From a virus (lineage: Duplodnaviria > Caudoviricetes), in IMG/VR virus record IMGVR_UViG_3300009095_000046, positions 1-31,117 of that record: DNA of 31,117 nt; one strand, 5' to 3'. Positions 10,315 to 17,362 of the stretch are shown piece by piece (position 1 is the stretch's first letter; the number at the start of each line of letters is the position of its first letter). The translations under genes were made by a program, and so were the position numbers. A model generated the notes under the pieces. It had not been told where the DNA came from. It did not search any database and saw nothing but the letters and a program-made list of their open reading frames with translations.

Positions 10315-11676
10315 ATGCTCGTCAAGCGAATAGATTATTTTAAAGACATATTCCCCGCTTACCCATTGCAAAGAGACTTGTTCGAGGCATTCTTTAGCGG
10401 TCAGTATCGGTTCTTTATTGAGAACATACACAGGCGTTTTGGTAAGGATGCCATGTTTTTTAATCTTGCGTGGCTTGTAGCAAGCCTCAAGAAAGGAAAC
10501 TATTTATACACTTTGCCAAAGATAGGCCAGGCTAAAAACGTTATATGGGAAGGTACAGACCTTGAAGGCAATCGATGGATAGATAAAATCCCCCGGCACT
10601 TGCTCGCTGGCGACCCCAACCAAACCGAGCGCAAGATTTATTTTTCCTCTGGCTCTATGCTTCACATAACGGGTGCTGACAGCATTCTAGGCGCACACTT
10701 AGGCTCTAACCTTGCCGGGCTATTCATGTCAGAGTTTCAACGTACAGCCCCGAGCATATGGGATTACCTAAGGCCAATCATTAATCGAAGTAAAGGCTTT
10801 GCATGTTTTAATTATACGAGCTTTGGACAATGCCATGCGCACAGACTGCGAATCGCTAACCAGAATAACCCATTATGGCACACAAGAAAACTCACTGTTG
10901 CCGATACACGAGACAATGACGGGAACTATATTTTTTCACCTGAGCAAATCCAAGAAGAGCGCGACTCGGGAATGGATGAAGATTTAATCCAACAAGAATA
11001 TTATTGTGATGATTCAATTGCCGTTAAAGGAACATACTTTGCCGAACACATTCAAAAGGCACGAGAGGAAGGGCGCATTGTTCAAGCTCTTGAAGTATAT
11101 CCGGGTAAGCCTGTCCATACATCATGGGATATTGGAAGCCGAGATTTAAACGCTATCTGGTTCTTTCAGGTGATTGGAACTGGCGACTATCAAGAGTTTC
11201 GATACTTTCATTATTATGAAATCAGCTACAAAGATGCAGATCACTTTATTCAATACCTAGCTAACATTCAAAAGCGTTTTGGGTTTAGTCACTACGGACA
11301 CCATTTTTTGCCGCATGACGTGAGCAATACCGAATGGACTACGGGCAAGACTCGCCTTGTTACCTTGATGCAAAAGGGCATGAGGATTGTTCAAGTACCA
11401 CGAATCAGAGTCATTGAACGGGTACAGGTGGCACGCAGTCAATTGCATCGGTGCATTTTCCTTGAGCCTGAATGCAAGAATGGTATTGACGCGCTTGAGA
11501 CTTCAAGAGCTAAGTATGACGAGAAGCTAAAGGCGTTTAGCTCGGATGAATTGCACGATTGGGCAAGTCATGGTAGTGCTGGCTTTCAATACGGCCATGT
11601 AGGATGGTTGGACAGCTACAATAAAACTCAACTACAAGCGCAACAGCAGTATGCGAAGTATCGGCCTATGGGTTAA
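10315..11676 (+). CDS. terL: Terminase large subunit
   Basis: Walker A HRRFGKD, Walker B-like LFMSE, QEYYC linker, and nuclease motifs SWDIG, LPHD, HDWASH. Confidence 0.93.
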   Translation: MLVKRIDYFKDIFPAYPLQRDLFEAFFSGQYRFFIENIHRRFGKDAMFFNLAWLVASLKKGNYLYTLPKIGQAKNVIWEGTDLEGNRWIDKIPRHLLAGDPNQTERKIYFSSGSMLHITGADSILGAHLGSNLAGLFMSEFQRTAPSIWDYLRPIINRSKGFACFNYTSFGQCHAHRLRIANQNNPLWHTRKLTVADTRDNDGNYIFSPEQIQEERDSGMDEDLIQQEYYCDDSIAVKGTYFAEHIQKAREEGRIVQALEVYPGKPVHTSWDIGSRDLNAIWFFQVIGTGDYQEFRYFHYYEISYKDADHFIQYLANIQKRFGFSHYGHHFLPHDVSNTEWTTGKTRLVTLMQKGMRIVQVPRIRVIERVQVARSQLHRCIFLEPECKNGIDALETSRAKYDEKLKAFSSDELHDWASHGSAGFQYGHVGWLDSYNKTQLQAQQQYAKYRPMG

Positions 11677-11678
11677 TG

Positions 11679-11717
11679 TGTCAATGTGTTGACATATAAT
11701 TTATTATGTTGTATTAT
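11679..11717 (+). promoter_or_regulatory. Sigma70 promoter with overlapping palindromic operator
   Basis: TGTCAA-TGTG-TTGACA at 11679-11694. TTGACA-17 nt-TATTAT (11712-11717). Confidence 0.8.
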
Positions 11718-11747
11718 GCTTTTAACTTAATCAATAAGGCATTTACA

Positions 11748-11978
11748 ATGAACTATGAATCAGTACATGACGAATCATTCAAAGGCTACGACATCACCAT
11801 TTATGAGCACGAGGACAAGACTTGCACGGTTGATCTGAAATACCCATGCGGTGAGTTAATAGCAGGATGGGAAGGGGTTGTAAGTTTTAAAATGGCTATG
11901 AATCTTGCCAAGAATTATGCAAATGAAATCGGTCAGTATAAGAAGAATCATTGCGAAGATGAGTATTGCACGGCATAA
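11748..11978 (+). CDS. Hypothetical small acidic protein
   Basis: Likely start is ATG 11748 after a TAAGG RBS, since 11706 lies inside the promoter. Confidence 0.65.
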   Translation: MNYESVHDESFKGYDITIYEHEDKTCTVDLKYPCGELIAGWEGVVSFKMAMNLAKNYANEIGQYKKNHCEDEYCTA

Positions 11979-11986
11979 ACCGTGCA

Positions 11987-12592
11987 TTAAACCTTGTAGT
12001 CTGGTTCCTCTTTGAATCCTTCCTCTTCAACCCCTGTTTGATTGGCGTTCTCGATGGCGGTGATTCGTTGCTCTAGCTCAATCTTATCTTTAACCTTCAA
12101 GCTGACATCAATAATGCTAGCAAGTTTTTGCGCCTCATCGGGTGTGAGTTCGCCAGAGTCCACAGCAGCCATTAAGCACTTTAGCATGGCTTTTTCGTCT
12201 TTAGCCCTACCCAACCCCTTAACTTTAACCGTGCGTTTCTCAGGGATGTTAAAACGGGTGTTATACATGCGATTAAATACCGCATGATTAATGCCTGTCA
12301 TGCTTTTATTTTCCAAGTCTATTTCACTCAATAGATGGTCATCACGCATTTTGTCATAGTAAGCCCGTGCAAGCTCATGAGCAGCAACACAAGCCCGGTC
12401 AAATAGAGGGTGCTTTGCTCGCCAGCGTTCGAAGGTGTCATTACCTATAGTATGGCGTGCGCAAAATTGAGAGCGAGTTTTACCCTCTGAGAACATATGA
12501 ATAATCTCAAGACACATAGATTCAGAATATTTACTACCCCACGGGTTTTCCTTATCGGTTAAATCAGGGGTTTTAGTTCCTTTAGTGTCCAA
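11987..12592 (-). CDS. terS: Terminase small subunit (Sf6/P22-like HTH)
   Basis: SKYSESMCLEI...EGKT..QFCA...I...TF.RW...HPLF..A...A...A.AYY pattern. Likely TTG start at 12592 after AGGA; the ORF extends to 12610. Confidence 0.72.
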   Translation of the reverse strand: MDTKGTKTPDLTDKENPWGSKYSESMCLEIIHMFSEGKTRSQFCARHTIGNDTFERWRAKHPLFDRACVAAHELARAYYDKMRDDHLLSEIDLENKSMTGINHAVFNRMYNTRFNIPEKRTVKVKGLGRAKDEKAMLKCLMAAVDSGELTPDEAQKLASIIDVSLKVKDKIELEQRITAIENANQTGVEEEGFKEEPDYKV

Positions 12593-12628
12593 TGTTTCCC
12601 GTCCTATCAAACATTTTGAAAATATTTT

Positions 12629-12688
12629 TATGTCAACCTATTGACATATATTCCCCAATGTAAGATTATATGTGTCAACCACTGGATA
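12629..12688 (+). promoter_or_regulatory. Promoter with two copies of the palindromic operator
   Basis: TATGTCAA-CCTA-TTGACATA (12629-12648), TTGACA-17-GATTAT, and a second degenerate copy TGTCAA-CCAC-TGGATA (12673-12688). Confidence 0.75.
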
Positions 12689-12718
12689 CAAATAACTTAA
12701 ACACTGAGGAACATTAAG

Positions 12719-13213
12719 ATGAATATACATGATGCAGAGAAGATTTTAAACCTAACAGGCGACTACACGCCAGAGCTTGTAAAGGTCGCTTACCGTAAAG
12801 CGTGCAGTGCCTACCATCCTGACAGAAACCCCGCTGGCCTTGAAATGATGAAGTTGGTCAATCAAGCATACGATGCGCTTAGAGATTTAACAGGAACGGC
12901 CAAGCAATCTACAGAGGGCGATTTATCTAGCTATGGTGAGGACATATTCAACGCACTATCAAAAATCATTCATTTAGGTTTAGATATTGAAATATGTGGC
13001 GCGTGGGTTTGGTTGCATGGAGACACAAAACCACATAAAGAAATCTTGAAAGAAGCTGGCTTTAGATGGGCACCTAAAAAAATGCTTTGGTACTTTAGAC
13101 CAGCCGACTACAAATCTAAAGGCCGTGGCAAGTTTTCTATGGATGAAATCAGAAGCACCCACGGAAGCGAGCGAGTCACTATGAAGGAACGCAATAAACT
13201 AAGGGCAGCGTAA
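12719..13213 (+). CDS. J-domain (DnaJ-like) protein with a mobile-element-type C-terminal domain
   Basis: AYRKACSAYHPDRNP...M..VNQAY J-domain with intact HPD. C-terminal IEICGAWVW..GDTKPHKE.LK..GFRW..KK..WY. Confidence 0.88.
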   Translation: MNIHDAEKILNLTGDYTPELVKVAYRKACSAYHPDRNPAGLEMMKLVNQAYDALRDLTGTAKQSTEGDLSSYGEDIFNALSKIIHLGLDIEICGAWVWLHGDTKPHKEILKEAGFRWAPKKMLWYFRPADYKSKGRGKFSMDEIRSTHGSERVTMKERNKLRAA

Positions 13214-13221
13214 GCTGTCCT
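13202..13221 (+). other. GNRA-capped hairpin over the stop codon
   Basis: AGGGCAGC-GTAA-GCTGTCCT, with no U-tract. Confidence 0.5.
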
Positions 13222-13238
13222 CAACGGAGGGAAATAGC

Positions 13239-13412
13239 ATGGACTTTAAAGTTTTTTATGTAACACGTTGGTTTAAAGAGGTTCGATTTTGTGGCGGTTT
13301 TTGCACTCTATATCAGGCAATGAGCTATGTGGATTATCTGCAAAACAAATTGCCGAATGGTAATAAACTTGTCTTTAAAATTGAGAGTCAGCCCGTAGTT
13401 ATTGGGTTATAA
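13239..13412 (+). CDS. Hypothetical 57-aa protein
   Basis: Read manually: GGAGG RBS, MDFKVFYVTRWFKEVRFCGGF...QPVVIGL. Confidence 0.65.
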   Translation: MDFKVFYVTRWFKEVRFCGGFCTLYQAMSYVDYLQNKLPNGNKLVFKIESQPVVIGL

Positions 13413-13421
13413 AAATAAATT

Positions 13422-13444
13422 TTATCCACAAAATCTGTGGGTAA
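13422..13444. promoter_or_regulatory. Inverted pair of DnaA boxes
   Basis: TTATCCACA (13422-13430, consensus) and TGTGGGTAA (13436-13444, one mismatch) in an intergenic gap. Confidence 0.7.
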
Positions 13445-13475
13445 ACCTGTGAGCTTATAAAGTCAAGGGGTTTAA

Positions 13476-13682
13476 ATGGAACAAAAAAGAGCAATGTTGC
13501 TTGAAGATGAATTAAGGCTAGTTAAAGAGGCTTTGCGAATCAGTATGAGTATTAATTTAGCGTATGGGCGGTTGGTTAAAATGGCCAATCCAAGAACTGA
13601 GAAAAAACAAATAATGGAGCTTGATAAACTATCCAAAGAGATAGAAAGCTCACTTAAAAAATTAGGGGCGCAAAATGGATAA
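13476..13682 (+). CDS. Hypothetical protein
   Basis: AAGGGG RBS; coupled to the next ORF. Confidence 0.6.
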   Translation: MEQKRAMLLEDELRLVKEALRISMSINLAYGRLVKMANPRTEKKQIMELDKLSKEIESSLKKLGAQNG

Positions 13683-13908
13683 GTTTGAACGATATGCAAT
13701 TAGTCATTACCTTAGTGAATGGCCAGAAGAGTTAACAGCAGCACACCCACAAGAAGCCGGGTTTGATATGATTATAGATGCTTTAAAGAATGACGATGAA
13801 AGTTTAGATATTACCGTTAATGAAGTTTATGAAGTCTATCCCTGTGAAGATGTTGCTTTATTTATCGTGGATATGGTTGACAGTTTAAGGAGGGTTTTCA
13901 ATGAGTAG
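13675..13908 (+). CDS. Hypothetical highly acidic protein
   Basis: 77 aa with 19 D/E versus 5 K/R. AGGGG RBS. Confidence 0.65.
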   Translation: MDKFERYAISHYLSEWPEELTAAHPQEAGFDMIIDALKNDDESLDITVNEVYEVYPCEDVALFIVDMVDSLRRVFNE

Positions 13909-14032
13909 CAATAACGAAGCGCACGGGGATGAAGACGAAATCGCAGCGGAGGCAAGACGCTGCGCTGAGGAATTTGAAGCGGAACATGCAGATGATTACA
14001 AATATACTGAGGAATGGCTAAATGACAAATAA
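13901..14032 (+). CDS. Hypothetical 43-aa acidic peptide
   Basis: Read manually: AAGGAGG RBS, MSSNNEAHGDEDEIAAEARRCAEEFEAEHADDYKYTEEWLNDK. Confidence 0.65.
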   Translation: MSSNNEAHGDEDEIAAEARRCAEEFEAEHADDYKYTEEWLNDK

Positions 14033-14552
14033 TGATTATATTCCATTGCGTGGATATGAATTGCACTATGGAATAAATAAAAAAGGAGAAATGATTTCTT
14101 ATGCAAGAAAAAGTCACAAAAAAGATAGAGTATTAAGAACTGATAATTTTAAAAATGGCTATCGTTTTGTCGTTTTGCTAAAAGATGGGGTTTATAAAAA
14201 CCATTATGTACATAGATTACTTGCGATGATGTTCTTGGGTGAGTGGAATGAATCATTGCAAGTCAATCATAAGGACGGTAATAAATTAAATAATGAATTA
14301 TGCAATTTAGAGATGGTTACTATTTTGGAAAATAATAAACACGCACTAAAGTCTGGATTAATTAATAATCGTGGCGATAGATGCGGAACATCAAAGTTAA
14401 CCTATGCTGACGCAGAATTTATAAGAGAAATATATAATTCTGGTTTTTGTTTTCAGAAAGAAATAGCAGCTTATTTTAAGGTTGGCAAACTGGCAATTAA
14501 CAGGATAATTAACAATCATTCATTTAAAATTGAGAGTTACGAACATGAATAA
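14022..14552 (+). CDS. HNH homing endonuclease (NUMOD4-like N-terminus, C-terminal HTH)
   Basis: YVHRLLA..FL, VNHKDGNKLNN...NLE.VT..EN..HA and a terminal HTH (QKEIAAYFKV....INRII). Confidence 0.92.
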   Translation: MTNNDYIPLRGYELHYGINKKGEMISYARKSHKKDRVLRTDNFKNGYRFVVLLKDGVYKNHYVHRLLAMMFLGEWNESLQVNHKDGNKLNNELCNLEMVTILENNKHALKSGLINNRGDRCGTSKLTYADAEFIREIYNSGFCFQKEIAAYFKVGKLAINRIINNHSFKIESYEHE

Positions 14553-14748
14553 ATTAATAACAGCAACACTGATTTTAATCTCAAGCAATTGCTTTGCTGA
14601 TTTACAATATGACCTTGATAAAATGGAGCAAGAACGAAGGTTGTATCAATTAGAGAATCAGATTGATGATATTCAGAGAAAGCAAAGCAATGATGATGCG
14701 TATAAATTTTATGATGATATCCAAGAAAAAATAAGAAAGGTTGATTGA
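14545..14748 (+). CDS. Small exported protein with a Sec signal peptide
   Basis: MNKLITATLILISSNCFA|D followed by a charged coiled coil. Confidence 0.6.
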   Translation: MNKLITATLILISSNCFADLQYDLDKMEQERRLYQLENQIDDIQRKQSNDDAYKFYDDIQEKIRKVD

Positions 14749-14975
14749 TTATGAATCTATTAGACTTTGAAAATGAATTTGTCCTTGGCCTTGAATTCAT
14801 CGGTGACAATGAGGTTGACGCGCATAGCCTATCAATCAAACGAGAAGCCTTTGACGCATACGGCAAGGACGTTCAAATCACAGAGCGGTATACAGTTACA
14901 ACCAGTATGCTTGAAGAGATAGCAAAAGGGCTTGAAGCCGCTTTGCGTAAAATCGAGAAGCATTTAAAACAATAG
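14745..14975 (+). CDS. Hypothetical protein
   Basis: Coupled ORF in the early operon. Confidence 0.6.
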   Translation: MIMNLLDFENEFVLGLEFIGDNEVDAHSLSIKREAFDAYGKDVQITERYTVTTSMLEEIAKGLEAALRKIEKHLKQ

Positions 14976-14983
14976 GCGATTCA

Positions 14984-15172
14984 ATGCGATTATGGACAAT
15001 CATTTTAACCTTGCTGACACAGCCCAAAAAAGCTAGGTGTCAGCAATATACAAATCTCACTGAGGATGATATCGGGATTCCTATCGAGAAATATCTTGAA
15101 ATTACTAATCAAGCATTGCAGGATTGCCCGAAACATTCCTCAAATAAATATTCGCCTCATAACGAGGATTAA
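14984..15172 (+). CDS. Hypothetical protein
   Basis: TAGG RBS; 3' end overlaps the convergent gene. Confidence 0.45.
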   Translation: MRLWTIILTLLTQPKKARCQQYTNLTEDDIGIPIEKYLEITNQALQDCPKHSSNKYSPHNED

Positions 15173-15380
15173 CGTTGTTTAAAACGCCTTTCTCTTTTAG
15201 GGCTATCTTGGTATTCCATAACACAAAATAATCTTTCATTAACTTCCTGTGAAATTCTGGCGGTACGTTTCCTAAGCAGTCCTCAATAAAACGCATGTCA
15301 TCCCTTAATAGCTTAATGCCTTGGCTTTCAAAATGAGGCTTTACAGCCCCATAAAGCCAGCTATGATTAACTTGGTACAT
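15105..15380 (-). CDS. Hypothetical protein downstream of the replication initiator (lambda P position)
   Basis: Likely start 15380 after AAGGA; overlaps the end of rep. Confidence 0.6.
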   Translation of the reverse strand: MYQVNHSWLYGAVKPHFESQGIKLLRDDMRFIEDCLGNVPPEFHRKLMKDYFVLWNTKIALKEKGVLNNVNPRYEANIYLRNVSGNPAMLD

Positions 15381-16194
15381 TGTTTTTATTCCTTTGCCAT
15401 TCTTCAAAATCTGGTAAGTGTGTATCTGGTGGCAATAATTTTAAAGCAACATCATTTTTTAATCCGTTAACATAGCGACTATAAACTATCAAATCCGATT
15501 CGCCAGTTCCATTTTGTTTTGGCTTTGGATAGTTTGCGGGAACATCAAAACAACCGCCTCTTATTATTTTTTTCAATCCTGAAACCCTTTGATTAAAGGT
15601 ATGCTCTTTGCTTCCGTGGTCAACGTGCCATTTGCATTGCTTTAAGAATCGTATGTTTTCTCTATCATCTTTTGGAATATATTTGTTTCTCAGGGCTAAA
15701 AGTTCTTTGTCTATTTCTTTGTTGAAAACACTACTACTACTTTTTGAATCTTGGTTATCTGTTGTTGTAGTAGTAGTTATTAGAGGTTCTATACTTAGAG
15801 ATTCTGTATGGGCATTTCCACACTGCTTAGCTATGGGCATTTCCTCACTGCTTGACTTTTGAGCAGTGGGCTTTTTAACACTGCTTGGTTGGTTCGCATC
15901 AGGGTGTGAATGTTCGCGACCCTTCACATAGGTTAATCGAATGACATCAATTGATTTTGTTCGACCACGCTTTTCACCCGTATAAACGATTAACCCTTTT
16001 TCGAGCAGCTTTTGTTTGTTTTCACAGATGGTGTGACGGTCAAGACCTGTATCAAGCTCAAGTCGTGAATTGGATGGCCAGCATTCGAAGGATTCGCCAA
16101 CACGGTCAGCGTAAGAGAGAAGGATTAATTTTTGTATTGGGGTGATTTGTTTCTTGCTTAACTTCCAAGTTGCTATAGTTGCATCGACACTCAT
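15367..16194 (-). CDS. Replication initiator (lambda O-like, N-terminal HTH)
   Basis: QKLILLSYAD....CWPS..RL..DTGL.R.TI......L..KGLI HTH signature. Central low-complexity linker carries iterons. Confidence 0.85.
   Translation of the reverse strand: MSVDATIATWKLSKKQITPIQKLILLSYADRVGESFECWPSNSRLELDTGLDRHTICENKQKLLEKGLIVYTGEKRGRTKSIDVIRLTYVKGREHSHPDANQPSSVKKPTAQKSSSEEMPIAKQCGNAHTESLSIEPLITTTTTTDNQDSKSSSSVFNKEIDKELLALRNKYIPKDDRENIRFLKQCKWHVDHGSKEHTFNQRVSGLKKIIRGGCFDVPANYPKPKQNGTGESDLIVYSRYVNGLKNDVALKLLPPDTHLPDFEEWQRNKNNVPS
15807..15886. repeat. Three 22-bp iterons, putative replication origin
   Basis: TATGGGCATTTCCACACTGCTT (15807), TATGGGCATTTCCTCACTGCTT (15832) and AGTGGGCTTTTTAACACTGCTT (15865). 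Confidence 0.8.
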
Positions 16195-16298
16195 AGCGAA
16201 CCCCCAAAATTAACACACGGTTTAATTGAAAGGGTGTTGAGATATGATCCAGTCATGATATAATGTTCCTGTGAATTGTTAGTGATATGGCGATTCAT
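16191..16298 (-). CDS. 35-aa leader peptide coupled to rep
   Basis: AAGGA RBS, MNRHITNNSQEH...FGGSL. Stop overlaps the rep ATG (ATGA). Confidence 0.5.
   Translation of the reverse strand: MNRHITNNSQEHYIMTGSYLNTLSIKPCVNFGGSL
16237..16264 (+). promoter_or_regulatory. Antisense sigma70 promoter facing the rep leader
   Basis: TTGAGA (16237-16242)-16 nt-TATAAT (16259-16264) with an extended TG, and no + strand gene downstream. Confidence 0.6.
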
Positions 16299-16470
16299 TA
16301 TGTTTCCTTTTGGATGTTGGATGCATTTGCCGTGTTTGCCAATCAAATGGTATCCGGTTGTAAACGAATCATTAACTAATCTTGGCGGACTGTAATGATT
16401 CAAGGTTTTTCGTTCCCGTGCTGGGAACACAATTATGTAGTGCCCAGCCGATCAACTCCTAAATTATGCC

Positions 16471-16863
16471 TTAATTTTCAACCCCTGTCTTTACCTTCAA
16501 ACGATCAATTATCGAAAGCATATCGTGATAGCCTGATGCTTGGTGCATGGCAATAGCACCTGATTTAAAGCACCGCGCTTTTGGAATCAGTTTTATCTTA
16601 AAGTTTTTATCGCCCATATTTTGATAATCAATGAGGCCAAAGCGTTTTAATAGTCGCATAAATTCAAAGCGGTCACGGTTTGATAGGGTGGTATTCTCAA
16701 ACAAATCATCAAGTTTAATGAAACCAATTCTTTCAAAGTGCAATCGCTTTTCAATTTCAATGTAATAAAACAAAAGTGTTTTAGGCACTGGCGGTATATC
16801 ACCCATTGCAAATTGGCACACTACTTGCTCAAAGGGTTTACTGAGTAGATTCATTTTCAACAC
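16471..16863 (-). CDS. Hypothetical protein, possible winged helix
   Basis: LSNRDRFEFMRLLKRFGLIDY resembles a wHTH recognition helix and wing. True start may be a few codons downstream. Confidence 0.55.
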   Translation of the reverse strand: MLKMNLLSKPFEQVVCQFAMGDIPPVPKTLLFYYIEIEKRLHFERIGFIKLDDLFENTTLSNRDRFEFMRLLKRFGLIDYQNMGDKNFKIKLIPKARCFKSGAIAMHQASGYHDMLSIIDRLKVKTGVEN

Positions 16864-17026
16864 CCCAATTTAAAATTAAATTCTCAACCTGATACAACGC
16901 CTCAAGGTGTCCATCGCTTTTTTGTTTAGCCTCAACACTTATCGTTCCGGCATTGTCCATCCGGTCATTTTGTTTCGCTATCAACTCTACAATCTTATCC
17001 AGCAAATGCGATTTATTGATTTCCAT
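16838..17026 (-). CDS. Hypothetical protein
   Basis: AAGGGG RBS; in operon after the Cro-like gene. Confidence 0.6.
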   Translation of the reverse strand: MEINKSHLLDKIVELIAKQNDRMDNAGTISVEAKQKSDGHLEALYQVENLILNWGVENESTQ

Positions 17027-17044
17027 GTTTTCCCCTTATCCTCT

Positions 17045-17239
17045 TTAATAGGCAAACGGCTCTTTATCATCCCAAACCGCCTTGAGCAAGCCGCTGGTTA
17101 ATTGTTCCAGTTTCTTTTGAGACTTGAAAGGAACATAGCCGCATTTAACCCAATTGGTCAGGGTGTTAGGACTCATTCCTGTTTCTTTTCTGAATTTGTA
17201 GCCCGTTTTAAAATGCTCTTTTACTTCCTCTGGTGTCAT
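17045..17239 (-). CDS. Cro-like HTH transcriptional regulator
   Basis: MT.EEV..HF.T......ETGMS.NTL.NW...G.VP...Q..LE.LT.G.LKA is the classic Cro/YdaS-like pattern. Confidence 0.82.
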   Translation of the reverse strand: MTPEEVKEHFKTGYKFRKETGMSPNTLTNWVKCGYVPFKSQKKLEQLTSGLLKAVWDDKEPFAY

Positions 17240-17271
17240 GAGTGCCCCTGTTCTTTTTATTGTATGGGCGA

Positions 17272-17333
17272 ATCATAACAGGTTGCATTATTTATATCAA
17301 CCAGTTGACATAGGGATTAAATAGTGCAACAAT
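17272..17333. promoter_or_regulatory. Back-to-back divergent promoters sharing one palindromic operator
   Basis: TATCAA-CCAG-TTGACA (17295-17310). Leftward: TTGATA-17-TGnTATGAT. Rightward: TTGACA-17-AACAAT. Confidence 0.8.
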
Positions 17334-17362
17334 CTGCACTACAAAAACAAAAAGAGAAGCAC

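Noticed and set aside
12608-12678. Leftward sigma70 promoter for terS using the operator's TTGACA
   Set aside because: No acceptable -10 box at 16-18 nt spacing from either copy.
15807-15886. CRISPR-like array
   Set aside because: Only three 22-bp repeats with 3- and 11-nt gaps, inside a coding gene; these fit iterons.
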